A stretch of DNA of 64,000 bases from Eledone cirrhosa. Its lineage: Eukaryota. The stretch's first letter is position 1. Each line of letters begins with the position of its first letter. A program made the position numbers and the translations under genes. This document shows, piece after piece, positions 1 to 13,632 of this stretch. Location: assembly GCA_964016885.1 (NCBI GenBank), contig OZ024740.1, positions 49,848,001 through 49,912,000 of the forward strand, in the 5' to 3' direction. The notes below the pieces were generated by a model, which saw only the letters and a program-made list of their open reading frames with translations, ran no database searches and was not told the DNA's origin.

Positions 1-947
1 TTCCGTTTTTAAATATCTGTAGTGTTGTTATTTGATTAGTGTTGGATTTGATTATGATTTTTTTAATTTTTATTGCTAAAACGTTTCATAACTACTTTAA
101 CGTTATGAGACCATCTATATCTATCTTTGCGCTTTCTGCTAAGATGTTTTCATAGAAGTAAATGTTCCATCAAATCCTTTGATAGAACTTTCAGGTTTCT
201 ACAGTAAGCACTTTAGGTCAATTTTAATTGAAGGTATTTGAATCTTTTTTCGTGGAAAACTATATGTTGTTGTTTTCTGTATGATTAGAAAGGGAGATAT
301 CGTAAAAGATAGCATATTTATTAGTTTACATGTTTATATATATATGTATCAAAGCAAAACCTTTAACTGAAACCAGAACTGAACACGTGGCGTAGACTTA
401 AATATTAAATTTTCTATAGTTGACAATGATTTTGAGTTTCGCTTTTTTTTTATGTTCAAGCTGTGTTAGAGGAATATATATTAGTAATATATAGATGTGA
501 TAATAGAATCACAGAGTGGGGAAATATTCTCAATAAAGAACATTACAAAAAAAATAGAAATAGCAAAGTGAGTTTGTGTTCAATATATGGTTAAAGAGAG
601 TGGAGAATAATAAAAAAAAAAAAGAACAAACAAATTTGAGATGAAAGATAGATGGAAAATGTGTGTGTATAGGAGATGGATAATATATATATGACTGTAT
701 GAAATATTTTAGTGGTTTATTAATTTATAGAGATAAAATACTTAAATTTGAAAACTTTGATAGAGAGGAAGAGAAATAGAGGAATAATCTACCCCAATAC
801 TAGGCTGGTACTTCCTTTTATTGAACACGAAAAGATGAAAGACAAAGTTGATCTCGGAAGGGACGTATACCTCAAAGCATTCTATCCATCAGTCTAATGT
901 CTCCACCAATTCACTGCTTACGATATATATACATAAAATTTAATATA

Positions 948-1090
948 GAAATAGCTTCTGGAACTGTTTCATTCAAAAGAAATCATCAGGAGCGCCATTT
1001 TATATTAAACTTCAATTTTAAACTCTACTAATGTATTGAGTACCTTATTAACTGTGGTTACCACCGATTGAACCCGGGACACACACACAC
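948..1090. mobile_element. Penelope pLTR-like mini-element, family H2 (inverted hammerhead piece plus sense tail ending CCCGGG-(AC)n)
   Basis: Minus strand 955-995 reads CTGATGA-tttc-tttt-gaat-GAAA-cagt-TC. The tail GTATTGAGTACC...GTGGTTACC...GATTGAACCCGGG recurs at 10698-10850 and 47752-47860. Confidence 0.6.
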
Positions 1091-1096
1091 AAGCAC

Positions 1097-1173
<77 letters not shown>

Positions 1174-1176
<3 letters not shown>

Positions 1177-1490
1177 GATATTAAACAAATGGAAACTATA
1201 TTTATAAAACCATATTTATTTCATTATATATATATTTCAGGGATATCATATTAAAAATATGGTATGCCTTCCTCAGACAAAATACAATATATATTGTATT
1301 TTGTCTGAGGAAGGCATACCATATTTTTAATATGATATCCCTGAAATATATATAATGAAATAAATATGGTTTTATAAATATAGTTTCCATTTGTTTAATA
1401 TCGTAAACCTACTCCAAAATCTGTTGAATGCTTTTATATCAGTTATAAAATATTTACTCGTTGTAACCCAACAATTTTAAATAAAACTTT

Positions 1491-1493
<3 letters not shown>
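1174..1493 (+). mobile_element. Foldback hammerhead mini-element, family H1, between (TA)n tracts
   Basis: 1174-1405 is a near-perfect palindrome centred at 1290/1291 (one 2-nt indel). A sense tail runs to 1493. A second copy lies at 57908-58176 in the opposite orientation. Confidence 0.75.
1297..1362 (+). ncRNA. Type-I hammerhead ribozyme (minimal, palindromic stem III)
   Basis: Stem I tattttgt/atgaaata; CTGAGGA at 1305-1311; stem II agg..catat/atatg..cct; GAAA at 1343-1346; TATATA; then TA. Confidence 0.7.
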
Positions 1494-1584
<91 letters not shown>

Positions 1585-1663
1585 TTTACTTAATATGACT
1601 AAGTAGTGAGCCTTATCCTCGGGTTTTACCACCTGTGCACTCAACAGACTTCACATTACAAAC

Positions 1664-2149
1664 ACTAGCAGAAAAACCACTCTTCGGGTGGTTTTCTGCT
1701 ACCATGTGTAGTGTGTATATTGATATTATACGCAAGTATACGCATGTAGATATGATACATCAAATAAAATCGTAATTGACAATATACACAGAAATTGAAT
1801 GAAGACTGCGTTACACTGTCTTCTGTAATCAGTAACGTAATCCATGATACATTAAAAAAAGACGATATATATAAACTGCATTAGGAGAAAATTAGTGACG
1901 GAAATATATGAATGTTTATTTAAGCGATCGCTAACCGGAAGTGTTGACATTTGACAATTTTAAAGAAGTGAATCTTAATATAAGCAATAAAATTATTCAT
2001 ATTTAATCAAGAATAAAGAAATTTAGTAGATAAATTATGTAATATTCATTTATTATTTATTCAAAGTAATCCAACATATTTTAGAAACGGGATAAAAAAA
2101 TATATTCTGGACGCAGTCCCGCACTCCTTACTTTATTATAAATTTAGAT
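1664..2149 (-). mobile_element. Possible non-autonomous Helitron-like element
   Basis: Minus strand begins ATCTAAATTTATAATAAAAG and ends with hairpin AAAACCAC-ccgaaga-GTGGTTTT followed by ...CTGCTAG. Confidence 0.35.
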
Positions 2150-2561
2150 TAGTCTCATCCTAACATAGTTCTTCTGCCAAGATCAATATGTTTATATGTG
2201 GTAAGATCTATTATTCCCTGTCCATATATTGGTTCTTAAAAAAGAATGAAAGCATTTCTTTGGTGATTTATTTTATGTATAAGGGGTGTGTTTTCATTTG
2301 ATCTTGCATTTGGAGGGTTTCGGTGTCTGCGTGTTCGTTTAAACGGTTTGATGTTTTATGTATACGCGTATGGCTAACAGTATGATGTTTGAGCAAGGGT
2401 TTGTTTTATTTGTAAAACGTATGTGTTTATAGTATGTTATATTTGTGGGTTTTTTGTGTCTGATTTAGCAGAACTTTTGATCAGAGACGTTCCAGCCGTG
2501 GCTATCGTTTCGTTATGTTATATTTGTAACAACATTCCACTATGTCCTTTTATTTTCAAGA

Positions 2562-2750
2562 TACCGTATTTCCCCGCGTCGAAGACACTTTTTTTTCTAA
2601 GATAAGTCTAAAAAATCTATCATACATCCTGGAGGCCGAAGGTTGTTTATTTATTTTTTTTTTATTTATTTTTTTTTTCCAAATTTTTGGTTGTCAAAAT
2701 TAGGGTGCGTTCTCGGGGACGAAGCGTCTTCGGCGCTGGAAAATACGGTA
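2562..2750. mobile_element. Tigger/pogo-type MITE
   Basis: Terminal inverted repeats TACCGTATTTCCCCGCGTCGAAGAC / GTCTTCGGCGCTGGAAAATACGGTA. Confidence 0.7.
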
Positions 2751-3454
2751 ATTTCATTGTTATTACTAGTCGACAGAGCTACCGAGTGCAGTCTCTAATG
2801 TTGCATTATGCCATGAGAAATGTTTAATAGTAAACTCTAAAAGGTTTTCTTGCTCTATAAGATTTAACATTCAGCCAAAAATTAAACCGAATTATATTAC
2901 AGGTTCTATTCTGGTTGGGATATTGTCTTTGTCTAGATATAAACATGATTTTCATTTTGAATTCGTCTCTTTCTAACGCCTTATCGTAGATTGTTTTATT
3001 TGAAAATAATTAAGGGTATTCCTTAGTGTATATTACTAACTAAACATTTAAATAGAGTGGAAGGATATGTGCAATTTTTGTTTTTAATATATAGGAGTTT
3101 TCTATTCGGCTGATAATTGCAAAAAAATGTCACAAACTATATCTAAATAGCTATACAATTGTTATTCTTAGGTGGAGATATTTCAATATACGAATTAAGT
3201 CTTTTCTAAGTGTATCTAGTAATACCAGTTTGAATGGGGGAGTACTCACACATAGCTCCATAATACTTCTATTATGAGTATATAACGTGCAAAGACCAAC
3301 AAGCACACAACATTTAATTATTATATTATAATAAATATTAACTCTGGTATATATATTATAAAGAAATTTGTTCGCGATATTACATTGTTTGTAATACTAC
3401 TTACAAATACAATGTAGGTAAGTATGTATGTATTTGCGTATGTATATGTTTAAA

Positions 3455-3511
<57 letters not shown>

Positions 3512-3565
3512 ATATATATACGTATATATACGTATAAATACATATATATATATATATATATATAT

Positions 3566-3599
<34 letters not shown>

Positions 3600-4104
3600 C
3601 ATTTATGTATGCTTATATATACATATATGAACACACACACACACACACACACACAAATATATATATATATATATATATAAACATATACATACATACATAT
3701 ATAGTGTGTGAGAGAGAGACATACGTGTGTGAGCATAAGCTAATATTTTTCATATAAACAATATTAAATATTATTCCTATGTAAATACTAAATTGATATT
3801 GAAAAACGGCAGCAAATCCATTGATGTCACTCGATACACGCATCTATTTCAAATTGATTGTAAGCACATTCACACATTCAAATATATATTATTTACTTAT
3901 CTGACCACTTTGACTTCAATCTAGATTCTTATAGAGTTACGTGTGGGCGCAGATGAATCTCGGTTTTATTAACAATACGTTAGATCTGATGAATATTTCA
4001 TTACATCCGTTAGTTATGAGCTAAGCTTTATATATTTTCAGGTATTTTGACAACCGATTTATCAAAATACTTACGTACACAAACATACACACTCACACAC
4101 AACA

Positions 4105-4172
<68 letters not shown>

Positions 4173-4914
4173 GTATATATGTAGCTATGTGTGGGTCTGT
4201 GTGTATATATCCATATAAGTATATATATATATACACACACATATATATATATTATGTATCTATGTATATATACGTATATATAGTATGTGTATATATAAAC
4301 ATATATGTATCTATATATATATCTATATACATACATATTCATATACATATGAGTGCGCGCGCGTGTGTGTGTAATATATGTATATTATATGCATATCTTT
4401 ATGTAGGTGTATGTATGAATGTGAGTATATATGTGTGAGTATGCATGTGTGTGTGTGCTGTCTTTATATGTATATAGATGCGTGTTTTGTCTGGATATTG
4501 GCAGATAGTAAAAAATGCATTCTATGTAACCAACGTTTAACCTACGCTGGATTTTACTGAGAACAATAGATAACGTGAAGAGAGCGTTCCTCTCACCTAA
4601 TCCATCATATTCATCATATTCCACCTTATATTTTTGGACATTCCAAAAGAATCTACATTATGAAAGCGATACATGTGCTGTAATAACTTCGCTTGAATAC
4701 CCGAAACACATTGTCAGTTGCAATGAACAGAATATATATTGCATCTATATACATGAATGCACATGGAAGTATTCTTTTCTGCTGCCTCTGTTATTGTTGG
4801 TTTTTTTATATGTAATTTCATTCTTATTAAAGATCACCCTATATATTCTATCATACCAACTGAAGGTCATGTAGTATTTGCATACTTTTCTTTATGTCTG
4901 CTTGTGTTGTTATT

Positions 4915-5100
4915 GAAAGGGCGTTAATGGTGGTAGAGCGTCGGACAACATACTTTGAAGCATAGCGTTACGGCCCTTTACGCTCAGAGTTTAAATCCCG
5001 CCGGGGTTAGCTTTGCCTTTCATCCTTACGGGATCGATAAAATAAAGTACCGGTAATGCACTGGGGTCGATTTAATCGACTTTCCCCTCCCGCTAAATTC
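4915..5100 (+). mobile_element. tRNA-head SINE
   Basis: B-box-like GAGTTTAAATCCCG followed by the shared body CTTTGCCTTTCATCCTTACGGGATCGATAAAATAAAGTACC. A further decayed copy lies at 5120-5350. Confidence 0.7.
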
Positions 5101-5589
5101 CTATAGTAGAAATCATTATTTAAAGGGCGTTGGATTCGCAGAATCATTAGAGCTTTGGATAAACTATTTTGTGGTATTTGTTCGGGCTCTTTAAATTCTG
5201 AGCTCAAATTCTGCCAAGATCAATTTTATCTTTCATCCTTCTAGGGTTGATAAAATAAAATAAAAACATATCAATTACTGGTCTCATACAGAGGTCGATA
5301 GAATCAACTTTCCCTTTCCCATTGATTCCTATCTTTGTGCCTAAATTTGAAATGATTTAATACTTTCTTTTCGTGTACCACTCTATCAGAATTATGTCGT
5401 TCTTCCTTTGTACCAGGTCGGCTCTGATGGAGCTGATGTATGTTCAAATGCATTCCAGACATGGTCAATCTATTGTGTTTTTCTTTTCCCTATATACTTT
5501 ATGTCGGACTATATTATCTAATGTGCGTTTTTATAAAACCATATAGACGAGGTGAAGTAGATTTGTTTGCTAACTCGTATTATTATATC

Positions 5590-5765
5590 CGTTCGGTAGA
5601 GGGTCGGACGCCATGCTTTGCAGCAAAGAGTTACGACCCTTTATGGTCTGAGTTCAAATCCCGCCGAGGTTAACTTCGCCTTTCATCCTTACGGGGGTCG
5701 ATAAAATAAAGTACCAGTAATACACAGGGATAATTGCTGGCCTTGTTCCAAAAGTAGAAACAATT
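5590..5765 (+). mobile_element. tRNA-head SINE
   Basis: GGTAGAGGGTCGGACGCCATGC...GAGTTCAAATCCCGCCGAGGTTAACTTCGCCTTTCATCC; same family as 13150, 16737, 47060 and 51033. Confidence 0.75.
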
Positions 5766-7953
5766 ATTATATCCGTGCATAGTTACTGTTTAACCCCAGG
5801 CCAAATTTGATCGAGCAACCCTATGATCAAAAGCTTTCCAACAATAAAATTACAACTGCTTTATCCAAAGTGGCATTCTTTTTAAGTTGGTATTGGGTTG
5901 TTTAAGGGAGATTTGACTGCTATTTCTTATAAATGATAGCTACATCGTTGGAAAGCTTGAAATTATGTTGTATATGTCTTTCTCCTGGTCAGTTAGCATC
6001 TACTAATTGCTGTCTTATGAATATATGTATGGATCCATAGAACTTAATACTCTAATAAAGAATGTGTTTCTAGACGAGCGAAAAAGGGAAGCTCTACACC
6101 GTCATTCGATCTACTTTAAATTGTAGTCAAAATTTACAAAGTTTCTGGCTTCTTTGATTTTCAAGCTTGAGATTTTATACCCCACTTTAACGACAAGAAA
6201 CTTTTATTTTGTCAATTTTATATGTTCATAAACTGATTACTAGTATTATTTTCATAATCGTTCGTTTCACCAAGAGATCTTTTTTACTATTCTACACTCT
6301 TATCTTGCCTCATAGTTTTCAAAGAAATTCGTTTTTATCATCTTTTCATCCTCTTTTACTCTTTTATTGCTCAGTATCATTAATATTTTTATTTCCCTGT
6401 AATCAGTATTGAAATGACTTTCAGAAACCATCCTGGTGCCATTGAAATTTTCAAGGCATTATCGTTGAACATGATTTATATTTTCTCTTCTAGCAATTCT
6501 AATTTTTCTTACAAGTCCTATTTCATTTGTTTGCCAGCAGGGAGCGATGAATTGGAAGAAATGAAAAGAGCGTCGAACAAAAGCCTTATAGTGAGTGTTA
6601 CGTTGCGTCTTTCTGCAATCTGATTTCCATCACACCAGGGCCGATACTGGGGTTAATTCGAAGCCTTGTGCCAATATCAGAAATCAATATAAGTTGAAGA
6701 CAGATATCGTCCTGTGTATACTGTGAACAATAAATCATTAGAATCCACTTGTTCGCGGTTTCAAAGTATGATAAATTCTTATGCACAATGTATTTTTACC
6801 GAATCATCTTTGATCATTTATGCACGTTTATTTTTTTATTTTTGAAAACTTATCTTAAATGTTTAGCTAACTCATTTTGCATTCGAGTAATACTTCTCAC
6901 ATTTGAAGATAGTAGGGTGGCATTAAAGCGACATGTGGCTGCTATTTCTAGTATAGTGAGTCCTATGACAATGTAGAGGCTTCTTCATTTGACTATTTCT
7001 GGAATAAGTTGATTATCTTCTATATATTCGTGTTTGCAGTTTTAGAGTATATATTCTTTATATTTTATATATTCTTTATATTTTAATCTGCAGAGTGGGG
7101 TGGTGTACATGACATTTTAAAGCTCTCATAGACTGGAATTGTTGAGTCAATATGAATTTCTACAGATTGATGTCTGTATAGAAAACATGCTCATAATGGG
7201 AGTGATGTAGGTTTCTCGTTCTTGATATAACGATTTGGAGGTTGTGTTTAGTTTAGATTTAATGTGAGGGTGATAATCATAAAAAGCAGATGAACTGAGT
7301 AGACTTCTGTGAGATTTACAGGCTGGATGCTAGTTCATCAAAGCAATAACTATTTTAGTAACTGTAAACTAGACAGATTTTAGATGCGTGTACAGCAGGC
7401 CTGTGTACATGTTTTAGGAATCTGTTAGTTAATAGAAGCTTACCAGTCAAAAAGGTGGACTACCTTCAGAAGAGATCTAGAATGTTTATGTTTGAAACAG
7501 CTGTTCTGTCTTAAATATACAAGAAGTGATATGTCCAGTTGGCTCAGAAACGTGTCTACAACCACAAATTTAACATATTTAGAACTCACATTTGTGTAAA
7601 TTTAATGATCTTTTGTAAATTTATTTCTTAATAATGGCATAGATTTTCCAATAATATGGAGACCTGCACCAAATTATCGATAGATACTATAAATCATTTC
7701 GTTGGCAGAATCAAACATAATCTAGTTTTGGAATGTACCAGTCAAATATATTTTCTTCTCACCCTAGCATTAATTTTATATTCTTCATACTACTTGCTCA
7801 TAATGTGTAATTATCTACATAGGTTTTATCTGATATACGTTTATCATACAAAACTGTTGATAAAAGATCTCACTGGAATAGAAAAAGGATACATACTTAC
7901 ATACATACATGCATGCATGCATACATACATACATACATACATACATACATACA

Positions 7954-7985
<32 letters not shown>

Positions 7986-8556
7986 AGCGTGCATACAAAC
8001 ATACATGTAACACACACATACGTATAATATGCATGTTTATATAGAGGATCTATACATTGACATGTCCGTTGGGAATACAGTATAGGAATTCACAAGCCTC
8101 GTACTTAATTTTACAATAGTTAAGTTAGTCTTAACATAAATAATGCTGGAAGCATGAAAAAGGTAACTAGAAATAATTATAGCCTTATCAGCGAACGATA
8201 CATTGCTCCCTACTTGTCAAAATAGTAATGTAAGAAGCACAGTAAATATACATGATAATAAAGTGCTTGATGTAAAAAAATAGAATTAAGTGGCTTATTT
8301 TCATAGTTAACAAAGATGAACATATCAATGACATTTTTATTTTCATCAACAACAGTGTCAGGAAGTTTAGTAATAAATAGTATAAAAAGGACTGTGTATA
8401 GCTTTTGTGTAGTCACGTGTATCATACGTAGAGTATGTCTCTTTCTCACTCATTTTCCCTGCTTTTGTTTTTTTCTTTTTCCCATCCCTACTTATCAAAA
8501 TATACATATATTATGCGCATATATATTAACATACAATGATTTTTTAGTCTTTTTGT

Positions 8557-8643
<87 letters not shown>

Positions 8644-8744
8644 GTAAAGGGTGTCATTAATGATACGGAATCAAACATATGTCTTGTCTCTAAAAACAGC
8701 TCAAGTTCTAAGTGCTGATGTCTTAATGCACACATATGTGTGTA

Positions 8745-8867
<123 letters not shown>

Positions 8868-9900
8868 GGATTTTACCGGTTTTAAACTAATAAGACCATT
8901 ATTCAACAGAGTACTAGATACTTGGCATAGGCATAGCAGAATGTAACTATATTAGAGAGAATGGTCAAAACGTAAAGAGATGCATATAAATAGCGGAAGG
9001 CATTTTGTTCGGTGATTTACCTTTTCTGTCAATCAACCGTTTTATATCTTGATATTAATCACAATAAATGATTCACATATTGACACAAGGCCAGCAATTC
9101 GGGTTTGGAAAAGTCGATCGAATCCACCCAATACTGGACCACGGAAAATTAAAGGCAAATTCGGCAGGAATTGAATTCAGATCCACTGCCTTTTAAAAAT
9201 AATAATGATTTCGAACATAGAAACAAGGGTTTCTTTAGTAGCAGTGTAGTAGATTTTATTGACTCCAGTATTTATATGAGAGGATAAAAGACGGGATTTG
9301 AACTCAGAATATAAAAATCTGGAACAAAAATAGCAAAATTATTTTCTCCAATGCTCCAGTCTTTTTATCAATCCACCGCCCTAAATAATAAATAATGATT
9401 CCTTTTTACTTGCCACAAGACAACGGTTGAAGGGACGTTGGTATGGAAGAAATTCTGTATGAATGTGCTCTCGTCGAATATGTCATATAAAGCTGCATTC
9501 GGTTCTTAGAGTTTAATCACTTAATCCATCGAGCGAAGAACAGGTTAATCTCCGTTCCGTTTATGGACTAAGCAGATCAATATATTTTCTTGTTTGAAAT
9601 GTTAAATCCCATCTGGTTAAATCAGCTATACAAAGATTATTTAGTAAATAAACGAGCCCGTGTCAATCGGGGTTAGTTATTGTCTCATTCTAAAACACGG
9701 TATTTAAAATAGCATCCAGTTGTTACTGGTCGCTGTCTAGAAAGATATCAATCAGATTCAGTGACCTATTCTTACTTTGCATGATAGCAATAATTAAAAA
9801 TCAATAACTGGCAGATAGAAAATGTGGGACTCTCTATGAAGTCATTGAACCTTTGGGAAATAATAACTAAATATCCCTTAAATTATATTCTTCTCTTTCA

Positions 9901-9999
<99 letters not shown>

Positions 10000-10052
10000 C
10001 GTGTGTGTGTGTGTGTGTATATAAGTGTGTTTTGAAACAGCGAGCGAGTCTG

Positions 10053-10260
10053 AAATTAGTTAGAAATAGAAGCTTTCGCCGTATTTTTTTGACTAGAGAA
10101 ATTTTTAGCTTGATAGTGGGGTTTAGAACCCTCAAAGAAATGGAAAAAGATGAGTATTGACGGACATGTACGTCAATACTCATCTTTTTCCATTTCTTTG
10201 AGGGTTCTAAACCCCACTATAGTAAAAAACAAATAAAGGCAAAAGCTTCTATTTCTAATT
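10053..10260. repeat. Foldback element with perfect ~50-bp inner arms
   Basis: 10112-10161 is the reverse complement of 10170-10220; outer arms TAGAAATAGAAGCTTT / AAAGCTTCTATTTCTA. Confidence 0.7.
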
Positions 10261-10697
10261 ATATATTTATATATGTGTGTGTGCATATATATATATAAAT
10301 TTAGAAGGGAATATATATATATATTGAGAGAGGGTGGGGCAAAAAAGCGATGCCACCGCTAATAGAATCTGAGGAGAGCTAACAAAGTTATCTGAATCTA
10401 AAGGGATTCTTACTTCAATAAAATATTAGTGGTTGGTTTTATATCATATACATATCGTTCTCCTACCAGAAAACTGTTATCAAGATAAATACGGAACTCA
10501 TCGAATCTTCGATGGATGATGTAAATTATCATAAACAATTACATAGATATATTTTAACTCACGATTACTGGCGCATATGCACTTACATATGAACTGCATA
10601 AAAATACATATGTATACACACACATACACTCATACACAGTATATATATATGCGTGTGTGTGTGTGTTTGCGTGTGTGTGTGTGTGTGTGTGTGTGCG

Positions 10698-10850
10698 TAT
10701 CCCGGATTCAATCGGGGGTAACCACAGTAAGTAAGGTACTCAATACATAGCAGAGTATATATATATATAATATAGAAATGGCTTCTACAGGACTAGAACT
10801 GTTTCATTACTTATTGTGGTTACCCCCGATTGAATCCGGGATACACACAC
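10698..10850. mobile_element. Family H2 foldback copy
   Basis: Inverted ends ATCCCGGATTCAATCGGGGGTAACCAC / GTGGTTACCCCCGATTGAATCCGGGAT. The 3' half of the hammerhead (GAAACAGTTC) is on the minus strand. Confidence 0.65.
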
Positions 10851-10852
10851 AC

Positions 10853-10883
<31 letters not shown>

Positions 10884-10885
<2 letters not shown>

Positions 10886-11682
10886 TGAAAAACGTAAAAT
10901 AAAAAAATTATAGTAATTAGCTTACTTAAATTAGTTTCTGAAAGGGAATATACATAGTCTCCAAATGGAAACCATGGAGAAACCTTGGAGTGAAATATAA
11001 GTAAGTAAGCTAATTACTATAATTTTTTTATTTTACGTTTTTCATATAATTGTTCTGCATCCCCTTGCATTGAACTACAAAGTTACTCAGACAAAACCTA
11101 TATATTTGCTTGCATAGGTATACATCTGTATATATATGTTGGTAGATATACTAATTCTTTATAATTATCTCCAAATTATTTTGTTGAGTAAAAATTTGCC
11201 AAAATTACTATTATAGTTCATAGTAACAGCTTGGCTACTGTCTTTTTAACACCCCACCTCTCACTGATTAACCTCGATGTCACGTGATTGATTCTTTTGA
11301 ATTTGCCTCCCAACAAGAAGGCAGTGATTTTTTTCAGTGTCTTGGAATTTAGTCCCCGCTTGCTCTTTTCCATCCACTGAATATTTTGTATAAGTTCCCT
11401 GTGTCCGCGCATCACCAGGTATCTTAGGTGAGAATGACTCCCTGATGACGAAAAGGTTTCTCCGTGGTTTCCATTTGGAGACTATGTATATTCCCTTTCA
11501 GAAATTAATTAGTTGGAGTGAAATTTAAGTAAGTAAGCTAATTACTATAATTTTCTTATTTTACGTTTTTCATATAATTGTTCTGCATCCCCTTGCATTG
11601 AACCACAAAATTACTAAGACAAAACCTATATATTTGCTTGCATAGGTATACATCTGTATATATGTTGGTAGATATACTAATT

Positions 11683-11688
<6 letters not shown>
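10884..11688 (+). mobile_element. Retrozyme/mini-Penelope, family H3: inverted fragment plus partial tandem with ~530-bp period
   Basis: 10987-11160 repeats directly at 11515-11688. 10884-10986 is an inverted copy of pLTR sequence. Flanked by (TA)n on both sides. Confidence 0.75.
11436..11519 (+). ncRNA. Hammerhead ribozyme motif with long stem II
   Basis: actcc; CTGATGA at 11442-11448; stem II gaaaagg..tctcc/ggaga..ccctttc; GAAA at 11501-11504; TTAA; TT; ...ggagt. Confidence 0.55.
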
Positions 11689-11726
<38 letters not shown>

Positions 11727-11730
<4 letters not shown>

Positions 11731-11956
11731 CGAAGGAAATGTGGTAAGGAACCAGGTGGACCATAACGCCCAAAGTACTCAATACTTAGGGTAGTAGAGT
11801 GGGTAATAGGAACGAGTAGGACCCCGACGGCTGAGCTCAAGCCGTTTCGACGGCTAATTCTGGGTCTTACTCGTTCCTATTACCCACTCTACTACCCTAA
11901 GTATTGAGTACTTTGGTGCGTTATGGTCCACCTGGTTTCTTACCACATTTCCTTCG

Positions 11957-11960
<4 letters not shown>
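11727..11960. mobile_element. Foldback mini-element, family H4, in (TA)n
   Basis: ~97-bp inverted arms (ATAACGAAGGAAATGTGG... / ...CCACATTTCCTTCGTTAT). Further copies at 12625-12668 and 45240-45660. Confidence 0.7.
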
Positions 11961-12026
<66 letters not shown>

Positions 12027-12028
<2 letters not shown>

Positions 12029-12509
12029 TTTCTGAATTTGTTTAGCAAGATTCTTTATCTGAAATCGTGTGTTGAAACCGATATTGTTATACTTTGGGAG
12101 GGTCATGTTGCCAATAAGAAACACATGCACCAGTTGCTTTCACTTCAATTTATTATATATTTATAAATTTTTAAATTTACAAATCTACAAACTTATAAAT
12201 TTCTGGTTGGTTGGTTGGTTCCACAACCAGATAGTTGTTTATATATAGTCATAGTCCTTTCGTCACACACTCTGTGACCTCTGCAGTGACTGGGGATTCC
12301 TTTCTTTGTCACTGAAGAGGTCACAGAGTGTGTGACGAAAGGACTATGACTATATATAAACAACTATCTGGTTGTGGAACCAACCAACCAACCAGAAATT
12401 TATAAGTTTGTAGATTTGTAAATTTATAAATTTATAAATATATAATAAATTGAAGTGAAAGCAACTAGTGCGTGTGTTTCTTATTGGCAACATGACCCTC
12501 CCAAAGTAT

Positions 12510-12515
<6 letters not shown>
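12027..12515. mobile_element. Foldback mini-element, family H5, in (TA)n
   Basis: ~210-bp inverted arms 12082-12291 / 12308-12515. An older copy lies at about 12740-13000. Confidence 0.75.
12308..12350 (+). ncRNA. Type-I hammerhead ribozyme (minimal)
   Basis: GTCA-CTGAAGA-gGTCACagagtgtGTGAC-GAAA-ggac-TA-TGAC. A decayed homologue at 12828-12870 has palindromic GATC in stem III. Confidence 0.7.
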
Positions 12516-12551
<36 letters not shown>

Positions 12552-12581
12552 AATTAGTATATCTACCAACATATATACACA

Positions 12582-12627
<46 letters not shown>

Positions 12628-13149
12628 AACGAGTAGGACCCCGACGACTGAACTCAAGCCAGAATTATATATATATATATATGCACTAGGGTGTATATAG
12701 CTATGTATGTATACATACATATATATGGTATACATACATATATGGGACAAGTCCCATTCGCATAGGTTTCTGATATTCATCCATTTAGCCTTGTAAAACA
12801 AAGAGGTGACACAAAGTAACAAAAATAGTCACTGAAGTGGTCACAGAAGTGGTAACAAAAGATCTTTGATATTTAACAACTAAACAACCACCCGGTTATT
12901 AAATTAACCAACTGAGAAATTATAATAATAAATTGAAATGAAACCAACAAGTGCGTGTGTTTTTATTGGCAGCATGACCCTCCCAAAGTATAACAATATA
13001 TATATTCCATCTTGTAGAATTCGTCTGGCTTCTTTTCCGTACTCGTGAACTTCATTGTTTAAGTATGGCTGACGCAACCTACCACCAGTCACTTTTAACT
13101 TACGTTTAATGTTATATCTATATAGTGTTTCTACTTTTGGCACATCATT

Positions 13150-13300
13150 TACCCAGTATATTACTGGTACTTTATTTTATCCACCTCGTAAGGATGAAAG
13201 GCAAAGTTAACCTCGGCGGGATTTGAACTCAGTCCTTAAAGAGACGTAACTCTATGCTGGAAAGCATGGCGTCCTACTCTACCGATACTGCCAATCCATC
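13150..13300 (-). mobile_element. tRNA-head SINE
   Basis: Reverse complement of the family at 5590. Confidence 0.7.
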
Positions 13301-13555
13301 TCCCTCTATATATATATTAACCACAATCTTTGTATCTCTTGAAACAGCGTAACCATTTCAGGACGTATCTTCTCAGAGATTTAGATCTATTCCAGGATAA
13401 TTCATGAACGAATAATCTTGGTTTTGAGCTGCTCCTGAAATAAACAAGGAAGGATTTCAGAAAGGAAATGGAGAAAGACAGAACGTTCTAATTGTTAGGG
13501 AGGTGTGTTCTAAAATATAAAATTTTGTATTCTGAATTAGAACATAACTCTACTT

Positions 13556-13632
<77 letters not shown>

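Noticed and set aside
1-3330. Possible decayed Penelope ORF remnants on minus (1-300, 2150-3330; also 7090-7600)
   Set aside because: Only faint motif echoes; cannot be supported without a translated homology search.
6541-6596. Apparent exon CAG|GGAGCGATGAA...TTATA|GTGAGT
   Set aside because: Aligns by eye to a decayed head of the local SINE family, so the splice signals are probably coincidental.
10363-10410. AGAAT-CTGAGGA..GAATCTAAAGGG-ATTCT hammerhead-like string
   Set aside because: GAAA and the cleavage triplet are missing; at best a heavily decayed copy.
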